NCBI GenBank assembly: GCA_951406725.2
Contig: OX597819.1
Coordinates: 54,126,001 to 54,190,000 of the forward strand
Direction: 5' to 3'
DNA length: 64,000 nt
Origin: Octopus vulgaris
Lineage: Eukaryota
The notes beneath the pieces are model-generated. The model saw only the letters and a program-made list of their open reading frames with translations, searched no databases and had not been told where the DNA came from. Numbering within the stretch: position 1 is the first letter of the stretch; each line of letters starts with the position of its first letter. Below, piece by piece: positions 40,346-53,920 of this stretch. A program made the position numbers and the translations under genes.

Positions 40346-41520
40346 ATGTATATCTATGTATGTGTGTCTTTGTTTTCCCCCACCGCCTTTTTTACAACCA
40401 GTGCTGGTGTGTTTATGTCCCCTTGAAGTTGGTGGCTGGTCTCATGCCTTTTCCAGTTGAGCCTTCTTGACTCACTCATCTCACCTCCTCACATTAGCCA
40501 TTTTGTATTCCTTTCACTAAGCCCTTCACTAACCACTACGCCCAGTCCAATTCACCCCAAAACTTTGGCTCTTTGAAATTTTCTTGTTTGTATCTTTCCT
40601 GCAATCATTAATTTGAAACAGTTTAAAAGGAACATTAACAATATAAATTTCATCCATTTTGGAGACCTGCAAAGTCCATGGCTCTACCCCTTCCTTGAAG
40701 CCTAGTAAGTGCTTTTTTATCACTGAGTCAGATGAGGTAGGGCAGAGTCTATAATCCTTTTCAGGCCCCTTCAGCACCGGTGGGAGATAAGGAAGTTGTC
40801 TTCAGGCCAAAGTCCTAGCATAATTGTTTGCAACAATGTGGACTCTACTAAAGGAACCCAAAAGTCAGGTGGTGGTAATAAACAAAACGATAGATTAATA
40901 AAAACAAAAAGAATTCCTCTAATAGGCTCTCACACTGACTCCGTCTATCAAATTTCACCCGTAAGGCCTTGAGTGAGTCATCTGCACTTTGAAGTTGAAC
41001 TTGAAACCACATAGTTGTGAAACAAACTTCTTGACCTCTTAGCCAAATCTGCCCACCCCCCACCCCAAGTAAACACTTATGTCTCCATAATTACATACAC
41101 ACTTTAAACATTATTTGATTTTGTAAAGACAGATGGAGAAAGGCTCATTGTCATTATATTCTAGTCATAGCTTTCTCCACTACAAATAGGGTTGTTCTGA
41201 TTTCATTCTTTCCCCATTCATTTTACATCCATTGTTAAAAATGTTTTATAGTAAAGATAGATTTCACATTTATTCATTTACATATAGTTTGGAGCAATTA
41301 TTCTCAAAACTGATTGCTCTTCCTACGGCAAACAGCTCAATCAAAACATACAAGTGCAATCAATTTTTTACCCAAGACTAAGATAAGTGGTCATTTATCT
41401 TGCCCAAGGACACAACAAAATAGTTATGCCATAAAATTTAAGTTCATGATGATGTGTTCAGAAGTTGAGCAGCTTATCTTCACTGGTTAAACTCTTTGGT
41501 TGTTAAATTTATATAGACAA

Positions 41521-41920
41521 GGCGCAGGAGTGGCTGTGTGGTAAGTAGCTTGCTTACCAACCACATGGTTCCAGGTTCAGTCCCACTGCATGGCACCTTG
41601 GGCAAGTGTCTTCTACTATAGCCTCGGGCCGACCAAAGCCTTATGAGTGGATTTGGTAGACGGAAACTGAAAGAAACCCGTCATATAAATGTATATATAT
41701 ATATATATGTGCGTGTATGTTTGTGTGTCTGTGTTTGTCCCCCTAGCATTGCTTGACAACCGATGCTGCTGTGTTTATGTGCCTGTCACTTAGCGGTTCA
41801 GCAAAAGAGACCGATAGAATAAGTACTGGGCTTACAAAGAATAAGTCTCGGGGTCAAGTTGCTCGACTAAAGGTGGTGCTCCAGCATGGCCGCAGTCAAA
41901 TGACTGAAACAAGTAAAAGA
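41521..41920 (+). mobile_element. tRNA-derived SINE family A (CORE-like segment, internal microsatellite)
   Basis: Head ggcgcaggagtggctgtgtggtaag...ggttcagtcc (A/B boxes), accttgggcaagtg, tail gactgaaacaagtaaaaga. Other copies at ~6319-6745(-), 7880-8232(-), 14625-15070(+), 22065-22430(+), 42045-42250(-), 53305-53645(-) and 54148-54450(+). Confidence 0.85.
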
Positions 41921-42539
41921 GAAAGAGACATGAATGTATAAAAACTGGACTACCAGCCTGACTCACAGAGAACTTAATTCTATTCTGTAGCGGTATTTCC
42001 TTTTTAAAAAAGGAATTGTAACTTCTACACTAATCTTTTCTTTTTTTACTTCTTTCAGTCATTTGTCTGCGGCCATGCTGTGGCACCACATTGAAGGATT
42101 TTAGTTGAACAAATAAAACCCAGGGCTTATTTTTTTTTAAAGCCTAGTGCTTATTCCATCGGTCTGTTTTGTTGAACCACTAAGTTACAGGGATATAAAC
42201 ACACCAACACCAGTGGACAAGTGGCGGTGGGGTACAGATACAAAAACACACACACATAGATATATACATACATACATGTGTGTGTGTGTGTGTGTGTATG
42301 TGTGTGTGTGTGTGTTATTGCAAGGATAAAGATACCTCTTAAAAGGGATGCTAGCATCCAAGGTGCCCCGGTTTAATCCTATATATTGATGAAATGCTCA
42401 GGAGTCACGTTTTACTAAGTAGTATTGGTGCTTATTATTTAATAATTAGCACAAATATTAAATACATTATGGAGAACAGGTATATTTTAATAGATGTTTG
42501 TTTCACTTTGATATATATGAGTATACTTCAATATAATAA

Positions 42540-42668
42540 ATGTTAAAGAAGAAAATGGGGAGTTTTAACAGGTAACATCAATTTATAAATATATTGTCAA
42601 TTTAAAATTGATAATATGTTAATAAATTGATGTTATCTGTTGAAACTCTCAATTTTCTTCTTTAACAT
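42540..42668. repeat. AT-rich palindrome with ~64-bp abutting arms
   Basis: atgttaaagaagaaaat...caattt pairs with aaaattgata...attttcttctttaacat. Confidence 0.8.
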
Positions 42669-42699
42669 ATACTATATATAAATATATATTTTTTTTATT

Positions 42700-43079
42700 T
42701 AGCACTCCGTCGGTTACGATGATGGGGGTTCCGGTTGATCCAAATCAACGGAACAGCCTGCTCGTGAAATTAACGTGTAAGTGGCTGAGCACTCCACAGA
42801 CACGTGTACCCTTAACGTAGTTCTTGGGGATATTCAGCATGACACAGAGAGTGACAAGGCCGGCCCTTTGAAATACAGGTACAATAGAAACAGGAAGTAA
42901 GAGTGAGAGAAAGTTGTGGTGAAAGAGTACAGCAGGGATCACCACCATCCCTGCCGGAGCCTCGTGGAGCTTTAGGTGTTTTCGCTCAATAAACACTCAC
43001 AACGCCCGGTCTGGGAATCGAAACCGTGATCCCACGGCCGCGAGTCTGCTGCCCTAACCACTGGGCCATTGCGCCTCCA
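42700..43079 (-). mobile_element. tRNA(Arg)-like SINE, apparently full length
   Basis: Head ggaggcgcaatggcccagtggttagggcagcagactcgcggcc...ggtttcgattccc; A-rich tail. Confidence 0.8.
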
Positions 43080-43201
43080 CATATATATATGCCAACCACT
43101 CCTAATGCCAACCACTCCGAGAGTGTAGTGGGTGATTTTATGTGCCACCGACACAGGTGCCAGACGAGGCTGGCAGACGGCCACACTCGGATGGTGTTAT
43201 A

Positions 43202-43287
<86 letters not shown>

Positions 43288-43618
43288 CATATAACCTCTT
43301 AACCAAATCTGTACCCCCAAATAAACACTTATGTCTCCATAATTACATACACATTTTAAACATTTGATTTAGCAGAAAAAAATTTTCAGTTGCTATTTTT
43401 TTGTGGAATATTTAAGAAGATATATCAATCTGATGAAACCTCATTATATATTTAAACAAGATTTTATTATTCTTGAAAAACTTGGTTTTATTAATGAAGT
43501 GGAAACAGCTGTAATTTATGAGATGTGTCATTTGTTTGTACAAAATAATTAATTTGAATTGAATTTATCATTTATTGATTAACTTATTTAATTGTTCAAT
43601 TTATTGTTTTGGTTTCTA

Positions 43619-43665
<47 letters not shown>

Positions 43666-44995
43666 TGACTATGACAGGCTTCTTTCAGGTTCTGTCTACC
43701 AAATCCTCTCACAAGGCTGAGGCTATAGTAGAAGATACTTGCCTTGATGCCACACAGTGGGACTGAACCTGGAACCATGTGGCTGGAAAGCAAACTTTTT
43801 ACCACACAGCTCACTTGTGCCTAAGGTAACTTTTTTTTTTTTTTACTAAGGTAACACATAGCAAATGAACTAAAATAATGGGTTCCTAAACTACTATTCA
43901 AATATTAACATTTACCTTTCTGACTAAGCAGTTTGCCTTTTCTTGCTTCTTAGAATAGGATTGCCATATGTCCATGCTTTTGAGAACATGTCCCAAATTT
44001 TGCCTTTGAGAAGAAATTTTTAAATTCCACCAAAATCTGGAATTTCTGCTTCCATCACTTAAAAAATTACACATACACACATATCTTTTATTTGCTTCAG
44101 TCATTGGATTGCAGCCATGCTGGAGCACTGCTTCGAAGAATTTTTAGCTGATTGAATCAATCCCAGGACTTGTTTTTTTAAAGCCTGGCACATATTCAAT
44201 TGGCCTTGTCAAAGTGTCAACCCATGCCAGCATGGAAAATGGACGTTAAATGATGTTGTTGTTGTTGTTGATGATGATGATGATATATATATATATATGG
44301 CACGTGAACAAAACATTTGAGCAAGGTCATTGCCAGTGCTGCTGGACTGGCACCTGTGCAGGTGGCACGTAAAAAGCACCATTTGAGCATGGCCATTGCC
44401 AGTACCACCAGACTGGCCCTTGTGCCAGTGGCATGTAAAAGCACCCACTACACTCTCGGAGTGGTTGGCATTAGGAAGGGCATCCAGCTGTAGAGACTCT
44501 GCCAGATCAGATTGGAGCCTGGTGCAGCCATCTGGTTCACCAGTCCTCATGGAAAGCGGACGTTAAATGATGATGATGATATATAATGATGGGCTTCTTT
44601 TCAGTTTCTGTCTACCAAATCCACTCACAAGACTGGTTGGCCCAAAGCTATAGTAAAGTCAATTGCCTAAGGTGCCACACAGTGGGACTGAACCAGGAAC
44701 CATGTGGTTGGGAAGCAAACCTCTTACCACACAACAAGAACACCCAAAATCTTTAGTCTGCATTGAGAGAGAGACCTTATATTTGTAACTTTAAAGGCCC
44801 AAAGTTTTGGGGGCAGGGCTCAGAGCCATGGTGAATGTTAGTGGAGGTGTCCTGGATTCTGACTTCAGATAAGCCAACCCTATCTTAGAATACCTTTTTC
44901 TTCATGCCTCTTAAATCTAAGATGAATCTATTTCTTTATTTAAAAGAAAGAAAGAAAGAAAGAAAGCAAGAAAGAAAGAAAGAAAGCAAGAAAGC

Positions 44996-45038
<43 letters not shown>

Positions 45039-45899
45039 TAAGAAAGTAAGAAAGACGTAAAATAAGGTCGTCTCTGATCTCGCAAATTAATTGTCCAGAA
45101 ATTTGGTGCAACTCACAACTTCATAGATTTTGATGTATCATGCCTCTTGCATAGCTGAGGACTGCACTGTTACATTATATGCAGCATTATTGAGCCAATG
45201 AAGAAATCCATTGTGTAATTATTCCGCCTGCTAGAAATAACACCGAATCTCACTCAAAGAACATCCTAATATTTTATGGTAAAGATATTTATAACAACGA
45301 TAACGATGACTTCAGTGAAATGAGAAGTTAGTCCTCGTGACGACTTTACCGATATAACAAGGTGGTAACGATAAGGATTTTGTAGATATATCCAAGATCT
45401 GATAATGATGATGATGATGATGATGTGTACCACCACCACCGCCTTCGTTAAATATAGCTTTAAATTGATATATTCAAAAGTGTGATTGTGAAGCCGTTAG
45501 TCAGACCTACGATTAAAGGCGTTCCAACCGTGACCATTATTTTTTAGTCCTGGTGTATCTTAGACATTATCCGATGTATCATTTTTTTAAATATAGAGTG
45601 ATTTGAGGGAGATTTGGCTACTATTTCTTGCAAGTCGAGCGTCTACAAATAGGCTCTTTCGTGTGTTGATTTTGTTAATATGGCCAAACTAAATAAAAAG
45701 CTATAAATATTTTAATAAGTCTCAGCGGTTTTTATTTATATTATTATAGCTTTTTAATGAATAGAATACAATAAGTAATTATTTAAATTCAATTAAATAA
45801 AAATTATCTATTAACAAAGATATTGCCAAACACTGATTAATCGAACCGATGATCAAAAAAAGTTCCAATCATGGCCATCCCGTCCTTTGTTGTTCAAAG

Positions 45900-46160
45900 A
45901 TATGTTTAGCTCGGTGTAACTAAGAGTGAGCTAACCCACGAAGCCAAAGCGTATTCTGATTTTGTGACTTAAAGTGTACGTGAGCTTAAATAAAAAGCAT
46001 TTATTAAAATTAAAACATTTAAAAATGGTTAAAAAACGAGTATTTAATTGTTTTAAAATTACATTAAAAAAGCAAAGAAAGTAGCTTTTGTTAAAGATTA
46101 GCTTTGTAGTTCCTGTGAAGTACGTATAATATAAGCAAGACGTGAACTGGGTAAGACGAC
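45900..46160 (+). promoter_or_regulatory. Candidate promoter and non-coding first exon of the MAPK gene
   Basis: Unique sequence that looks CpG-retaining compared with its flanks. Good donor ctgg|gtaaga at 46151. The MAPK ATG exon begins with an acceptor, so an upstream exon is implied. Confidence 0.35.
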
Positions 46161-47372
46161 TGATGTTCTCCGTATATTTGTTAATTATCATTAATAGAAT
46201 TGTTTGTGGGAATATTAACTCATAAAAATTGTTTTTATCAATAAGATTTTCAATAAAATGTTTTAATTTTCGAAATGCACTTGAATTTAAATGATTATAA
46301 ATTTTACTGGATTGTTTTTGTCGTGAAAATATTCCGGTGTTTGCCATTATTTCACTTGTTTATTCTTGTTTTTAAACCGCAAAAAAATATTTAAATAAAT
46401 AAATAAATTGGCGCTTATCCTATTTTAAGTGCTTCTAATTTATCTGTTATGACCATGAAATAATGAATTTATTGTTTCCAGTTAATTATATCGATTGTGT
46501 TTGTTATTATCGATACTTACTACAAAGCCACCCCTCCCCTCAATTTTATGTTTTGCTTTGTCATTTACCGTCAATATTGTAACTAATTGTGACCATTTTT
46601 AGTCGTTGAAATAGTTCTGTTTGATTTGATTATTTATATTTATGAACCATTAAGAAGCAAACTCTATCACTAAAAAAAGTGTCAGCTGATCTGTGTTTAG
46701 TTCTTCAAGCAGTTTTGTAATGTCGATAAGCATCGCCCAAGTTCGTCCGTCATCTTCCGAAGCATCAACTATTTTCTTTTTACCGAAGATAATGCTGCTA
46801 GTCCTTTTCACAGGACGCTATTTAAATAGGTTTTATAGATAAGAGCAAAATTAAAATAAACTTCTGTAAAATAACTGGGCATTTTTTCTTTCAAAATATC
46901 GAAAAAACGTTCGAAGATATTTTAGCAAGCTAATGTAATATTGCAAACATAACAGAATATTGTAAAAGATTGACGTTACAAACGTTTAGGAAATTGAGAC
47001 AATATTTATTTATCATTTATGAAAGAAACATGATAGAAAAGTGTACGATAAATATGGATTGCAAACACTAGTTTTCTGCATGGAAGTGTGAGGGAAAATT
47101 TATATAGTCTAAATATCAAACAAAGGTTACTGTAATAACAACATATTCCTACGCTTATATAATATACTTGTGTAATTTAATAACACACATACATATGTAT
47201 GTATATGTATGGGGAGAGGTGAAATCTTGTAACCCATCCAAGGTTTTTTAATTTTTGTGGATATTACATAACTAGTGACTACACAGGTACAAAGAGTTAA
47301 GGTCCTGATGGAAATAGCTTGTAGATACTCTGATACATAATTTTAGAAGATTATTCCCTGTAATATTTATGT

Positions 47373-47407
<35 letters not shown>

Positions 47408-47419
47408 AAAAATGGGGAA

Positions 47420-47506
47420 GGCCTGTTTATGGGATTACCTTGGGTTTCCCGTCCCTAAAGGGTTTAGGTTTATGGCGTATCGTCAGATCCCAAAAACCTG
47501 TTGGCC
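47420..47506 (-). ncRNA. Type I hammerhead ribozyme candidate
   Basis: Minus strand: UGGGAU-CUGACGA-[stem II containing CCUAAA/UUUAGG hairpin]-GAA-ACC CAA GGU-A-AUCCCA; GUA cleavage triplet. Confidence 0.7.
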
Positions 47507-47893
47507 CATCATGACCTCTTATATATATATATATATATATGCACTTGCATATGTGTGCGCGTGTATACATATATGTATGTTTACATATGTTTGTTTATGT
47601 AAACAGGAAAATAAAACTCAAAATATGAATGTATGTGTGATAGTTTTATTAATAATCGGCAGAAGTTATAGTCACTCAAATGCCGAGATCATATATGTAT
47701 GCACAATTATGTTTGGTGATACAAACAGGAAAACAGAACTTAAATGCCGATAGCTTCGTCCATATCAAACCTGGATAAGTGCAAATGCATAAAACTGTGG
47801 TCCCTGAGTCTGTCTGTTATTTCTGCCGATTAGTAAAAAAAACATATGTGTGTGTTAATATATGTTGTATATATGTTGTATAAATATATATAC

Positions 47894-47927
<34 letters not shown>

Positions 47928-47987
47928 GCATGTATTTATGTCTTTGTACATGTAATTATGTATGTGTGTGTGTGTATATACATACAT

Positions 47988-48035
<48 letters not shown>

Positions 48036-49298
48036 GCACATACACAATATTTTCTACTTTTGTAATACTACTTGGAACCCAATTACAGTTCAGTGGACTA
48101 CAGCATAATAAACTGCATTGCTGATAGGTTGCAGTCAGGTCAAGTGGGCTGTAGCCAGAATAACTGGGAAGCTGCCATGAGGAGCGTAGAATATTGCTGT
48201 TCGTCTTAGAGTGAGGTAGTTAATATTGCCATTTAGTTTGTGGACAACACCACTTTCTTGGACAAAGAGAAGGGCATGAAATATTAGATTGTATACTCTT
48301 GGCACAATTGAATTTATCAGACTCTTAATGTTTTTAATTAAAGTATAGCAGATTAAGGTACAACAGTTTTAAACAGACAATGTAAAAGTTATGCTTTTAA
48401 AAACTGCTTCAGTTCTTCTAGCTGAAAAATATCTATTTGCTTTAGTTAGTTGAAAGTAATGAGCATATTTATATGGTGAGCTTTAATATGGGATTCTAGC
48501 TGTAAGAATATTTAACCCTATAATTCATATGAAGGTTTTGTATTTTTCAGAAACATCAAACATTATGCAGGTATTCATAAATGATGTTTGTCCAGGTTGA
48601 ATAAATATTTGTTCATGGGGAATAATCAATAGCTTGTCAAAATCTAACTTGCTGAAGCAGGATGGTGTTTCCTGGTCAACATTGCATACACCAGTTCTGT
48701 AATGTATTCAGTAACACACAAACACAGACATGTACATATATATATGGAGAAAGGTAAAATCTTGTAGCCTATCCAATTTGAGTGGACTTTGATAATGTAA
48801 TAGTGTATCAATACATTGTAGTTTGTGAAATCAGATTGGAGAAAGAGGGAGTATACTGCCAGGGTGCTATTATAGTAATGTAAAGGATTGTTGGTTGACA
48901 TAGTTAATGTTACTCTTGATTAACTGTAAGTTGGTGGCTTCAGGAATACCATGGGCAAGGAGGAGATTCCAGAGGGATGACATTCTGGGGAACATGGACT
49001 AGGAATAGGGGTTAGGGGTTAGTAGGTGTGTTTGGAGAGTGGAGATGGCCAGAGGAAGAGAGATGTGCTGAGTGTATATGAGTGGAAGTAGGTTGAGACT
49101 TGGCAGCTTTGGCGAGTAGAGACAATTGTAGTTGTGATAGAAAAAGCAGAGATTTTAGTTGTAATAGAAAAGGCTAGAGATTTGGGTGTATTTATGCCAA
49201 TCAGTCAAGTGGCCTTTCATCTTTAATATGAACCAGGATATATATACAGACATATATGTATCATCATTATTGTTGAACATAGTTGTGACATGTATGTG

Positions 49299-49349
<51 letters not shown>

Positions 49350-49352
<3 letters not shown>

Positions 49353-49990
49353 CTATACCATTCCAGATGCAGAGCAGTATTCCATTGTAGATTTCACTGA
49401 GCTTTGGGGTTAGGGACTAAAATATTTTTGGGCTCTGAAGAGGAAGGCGTGCATTTGGGATTTAGTCATTTGAATGTGCATCTTTTATGAAAGAAGATCC
49501 TTAGTGGTGATGGAACCTGAAATTTGTAGTGACTTTGAGGGTTTGAATTGCATACAGTTCATGTTGAGGATGGGTGTGATTGAGAAAGTGAAAAGTTTAA
49601 CAAGGATTAGGGCTAGTCCCAGGGCACACTGAGATGAATTGGACATTGTCAGGTCATGTTGATTTGAAGCAATCAGAGGTTGTTTTGCAATTAGAATGTA
49701 TGTGTTTATAGTGAATGAGCTTGATGAAATGAAAAGGGATAGCTTTGTGAAGAGATATATCTTATATGCCTTGTGAGGAGTATAATGCAATATGGGTAAA
49801 AAATGTGGAGACTTTTTTCTTCCAAGGTGTATTGGTTACAGAACCATCATGTTTGAGAAATGGAGGAAAGAAAGCTTCCACCATACTGGTAGAAATATAT
49901 TTGGTAAGGAACCAAAGGAATTGATTGTTATTTAGGAGGTGGGAAAAGTTTTCAGGTTGTGTAATATACAAAGACACTCTTTGAATTTTG
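49350..49990 (-). mobile_element. Highly degenerate LINE RT 3' remnant
   Basis: Minus-strand fragment ...VKSTMEYCS... resembles the L2/Jockey VRP.MEYCS motif. Confidence 0.35.
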
Positions 49991-50729
49991 GATGACGGTT
50001 ATGCGTTAAATACAGTGCTGGATAAAAGCTATTTTGATGTTTAACCCAAAATCAATCTTCATCAAACAAAACTCTGATGAAAGATACTCCAACCATGACC
50101 ATTCTGTCTTTTACCTATGTGCAGGGAACCCAGGACTACATTTGTCAATGTTTTCTTTTTTTAACCCTCACAGTACTGATTAAATTTTTGTGTACTGACA
50201 TGCAGATGTAATATGTTAATCAGTTTTCACAACCTTTTTCTGTTGGTCAGTACAAATGAAATGTGTGTACTATGTCATATGAAATGTGGAGAATTCTGGA
50301 AAGTACTCCATTATCAAAAACAGTTTAACTCAGTTTCCATGTCTTAGGTGCACATGCATGGAACAGAATGTACTTGGTTCCCATGCAATAAAGGTTGAGA
50401 TAGTTGGATGTGATTTGAGAGAGATTAGGCTGATATTTTCAGCAGGTCAAACAACCTTAATAGCTCAAAGCTGTCTAAATTCTAAATTTTCTTGATGTAT
50501 TGTGGGCTTTGTTCTGTACTTAATTTGTTGTAGAGCAATTATGATTTGGGCTCTGTGTTTTGGTAAAGCACAGTACTAGCAGAGAAAGCATGGAACAGTA
50601 TGCATTGGAGATGTTTGGCATCCTATATTGGACTCAATGAACATATCTGTATATTAATATCATGCTTTTTCTATTTTGGTTTTGTCATGGGTATACAGTA
50701 TTTAGCTTTGTTTTGTTTTTCGTTTATGA

Positions 50730-51340
50730 TAATGAAATTATTGTATACAGTGCTCAGGTGCACCACAACTTGTCAGAAAGTGCGTATAAAGTACATGCAG
50801 TAATGTAAAAATGTCTGGAAAGCGAACAATGTATGAGTCAGATACATGCTTGTGTGTGTATGGAGGGGAGAAAATCAGGTGTAGTGTTGACGAATCTCAG
50901 AAAGCATGGAAATTTTGAAGGATGCAGTGCTCCGACAACTAACAACTGATGCCGGCAGTTTGTTCCATGCTTCAGCAACTCTCAGTGTGAAAAAATGTTT
51001 CCTGAAGTCATGGGAGCTGTGCTGTTTTCTGACTTTGTAAATATGTCCACGGGTGTTAGATGGGTGGAGTTTGAAAAGGTGCTCAGAGTTATTGTTTGTA
51101 CGATGGTTGATAATTTTATGGGTATCTGCCAAGTCAGCTGCCAGACGTCGGAGTTTCAATGTGTCCATGCCCAGGGAAGTAAGGCGTTCAGGATATGGCA
51201 AATGCCTGATGGAGGGTATTCTTTTGGTTGCATGTCGCTGAACGGCTTCCAGATGATTGATATCCTGGGCAAGATAGGGGTTCCAGACCGGTGATGCAAA
51301 TTCCAGGTGAGGTCTTACCATAGCTATATAAAGCCATGTT
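50730..51340 (-). mobile_element. CR1-clade LINE 3' fragment (second family)
   Basis: LYIAMVRPHLEFASPVWNPYL...TRGHIYK...FFTLRVAEAWNKLP. Degenerate relatives at ~29440-29800 (-) and ~34250-34835 (+). Confidence 0.88.
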
Positions 51341-53698
51341 ATCTGTGCTGATAGAACAGACCTAATGCACATAAGTAGTCAGTTGGACAACACAATTAGG
51401 TGCATATTAAGGCTGATCAGATCTCTATCTGATTGGCTTTAATATGCTCTATTGACATGAATGTGTTTATTGTCTAGGGTGCAGTGTGTGAGGCAGTTTG
51501 ATTTACTCTTTTATACTCTTTTACTTGTTTCAGTCATTTGACTGTGGCCATGCTGGAGCACCACCTTTAAACAATGATTGTTGATTTATTACTTTGTTTA
51601 TATGTTGTCTGAGATGTATGTCAGTGGGTGTACTCTGTGTAATGCCAAATACGTAGTTTTCATGAATGCTATACATTATATAATGACACATTCCCAGACG
51701 TTCTTTAAAATGTTTGGTTAGCATTACAAATACTAACCAAGCATTTTCTCTGATGTCATTTATGGTTTGCTGTCAGTTTCCAATGTCCTTTTTTTTTTGT
51801 TGATTACATTGAAAAAGATATATTTTGGAAAGGATCTTTTACTATTTGGTAGAACAAATTGATACTAGTTTTGGGAAGTGTTATTATTGTCTTTGTATTA
51901 TGATGCTTCAAATATTGATTGTTGATTGTAAATGCTTATTTTTAACTTTATATCTTTTTTGATTTTAATCATTTTCATATTACAGTATATGTCGATTTAT
52001 CATTACCATTTTGTCGTTATGCTCAAAATTATGACTTGATTCACAAATTTGAAAATAATTTAAGACAAATTTTCCCTAAGATATCAAAATCCATTCGTCA
52101 TACTTATATGTATTTAAAATGAACAGACATGCAACTCATGATGTAACCAAATTACTTTATTTTTGAGCTACAGTTACTCACTTATGGTTTTATGTGGTTT
52201 GGAAACTAGAAGATGTAGATTCCACTTTCTCTGACTTGTTGGCATCTGCTTAAAGATATTGTAAAAGGTGGGAAATGCTTGTACCAATAAAGCTTGTAGG
52301 CTTTATTGGTACGAGCATAGCTGTGTGGTTAGGAAGTTTGCTTCCCAAACACTTGGTTTCAGGTTCAGTCCCACTGCATAGGACCTTGAGCAAGTATCTT
52401 CATCTATAGTTCTGGGCTGATCAAAGCTTTGTGAGTGGATTTGGATGATATAAACTGAAAGGAGGCATTGCATGTGTATGTGTGAGTATGTGTATGTTTG
52501 TGTCTCCTTGCCTTGACATCACATGATAGTTGTAAATGTGTATCACCATAATTCATTTCCAGTATTCTGCACAATTAAGTCTGACTATGGGGAAATATTA
52601 CCTTGCTTGGGAGCAAGTGAGGATTGGTGACAGGAAGGCTATCTGGTTGTAGAAAATCTGTCTCTAAACTCTATCTGACCCATGTAAGCATGGAAAGATG
52701 AACATTAAAAGGATGATGATGATGATATTAGTCAAGCTATTATAGAATCATTTGCAAATATTAAATAAATTAAGATGTTGGGACTTATCTTTTACATCTA
52801 TTTGAAATGATGGTATTCCATTTAATACTAAAGATTTTACAAGGGTGTCAAAAACGCCTTGTGATATATTTATATATACTTGTTTAAAAGATGTTTTATT
52901 GATATCTTAATGGCAATTGTGTATTTATTCAGGATTTGATGTGTAATGAGGTGGTGAGCTCACTAGCATGATTATACAGCTAATTGAGAAAAGGTAATGG
53001 TCATCTTTTTTGATAATTTACTTCATTCTGATATTGTATTTAGCTTTCATTGTATTCTTTTCTTTTTACAAAGAATACAATTTTACTTGGTTAAATTTTG
53101 CTATTAATTCGTATTTCTATACTCGACATGAGATAATTAGCTAGATAATGGGTGTGCTACACTTACTGTAGTATTAAAAATTCAATTTAGAATTTCCAAT
53201 TTGTTGGTTTTGTTGAGAAGCATTACTTTAAAAGCTGCAGAGCATAGAGAGAGGTAATAAAATACATGAGAGCACATCTACCTCACTGGATTTTTGGTAT
53301 GATTTTATCTTTTATCTTGTTTCAATCATTGGTCTGCAGCAATGCTGGGAACACTACCTTAAAAGATGTTGTCAAAGAAACCAACCCTAGTAATTTCTTT
53401 TTATTCTATTGGTCTCTTTTGCCAAGCTGCTAAATTATGGGGGCACTAACAAACCAATGCCAGTTATCAAGCTGTGGTGCAGGAATTAACACCAAATTAT
53501 ATATATATAAGACCAAATTCACTCACAAGGCATTGGTTGATCTGAGACTATAGTAGAAAACACTTGCCCTAGGTGCTGTGCAATGGGACTGAACCAAAAC
53601 TATGTGGTTGCAAAGTGAGCTTCATAACCACATGGCCATGCCAGTGCCTTTGGTTAGCAATTATGTGAATGTTTATTTCATTTAAATTGATGATTTGA

Positions 53699-53920
53699 CC
53701 CTTTTGTTATCATATTTCTGTTGAGATGCTCTGTGTTTCTTTCAATTAATTTTTAATATAACAAAGAATTTAGTAAAATAACTTAGTTATAATTTAGCTA
53801 GTGCTAGGAACATAAATTGTGACTAAGGTTTGGTGGAAGATTTTAATTCAGAACTTTTGAAAACAAGACATTTGTACTACAGAGCCAGAGGTGGTTTCAG
53901 CCAGGTTGATATCATAAAGG
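53699..53920. mobile_element. piggyBac-like MITE
   Basis: ttga|cccttt ... aaagg|ttaa; CCC/GG termini with TTAA-like TSD. Confidence 0.45.

Noticed and set aside
43000-43079. Possible tRNA-Arg gene
   Set aside because: The tRNA-like head lacks a proper acceptor stem and continues into a SINE body and tail.
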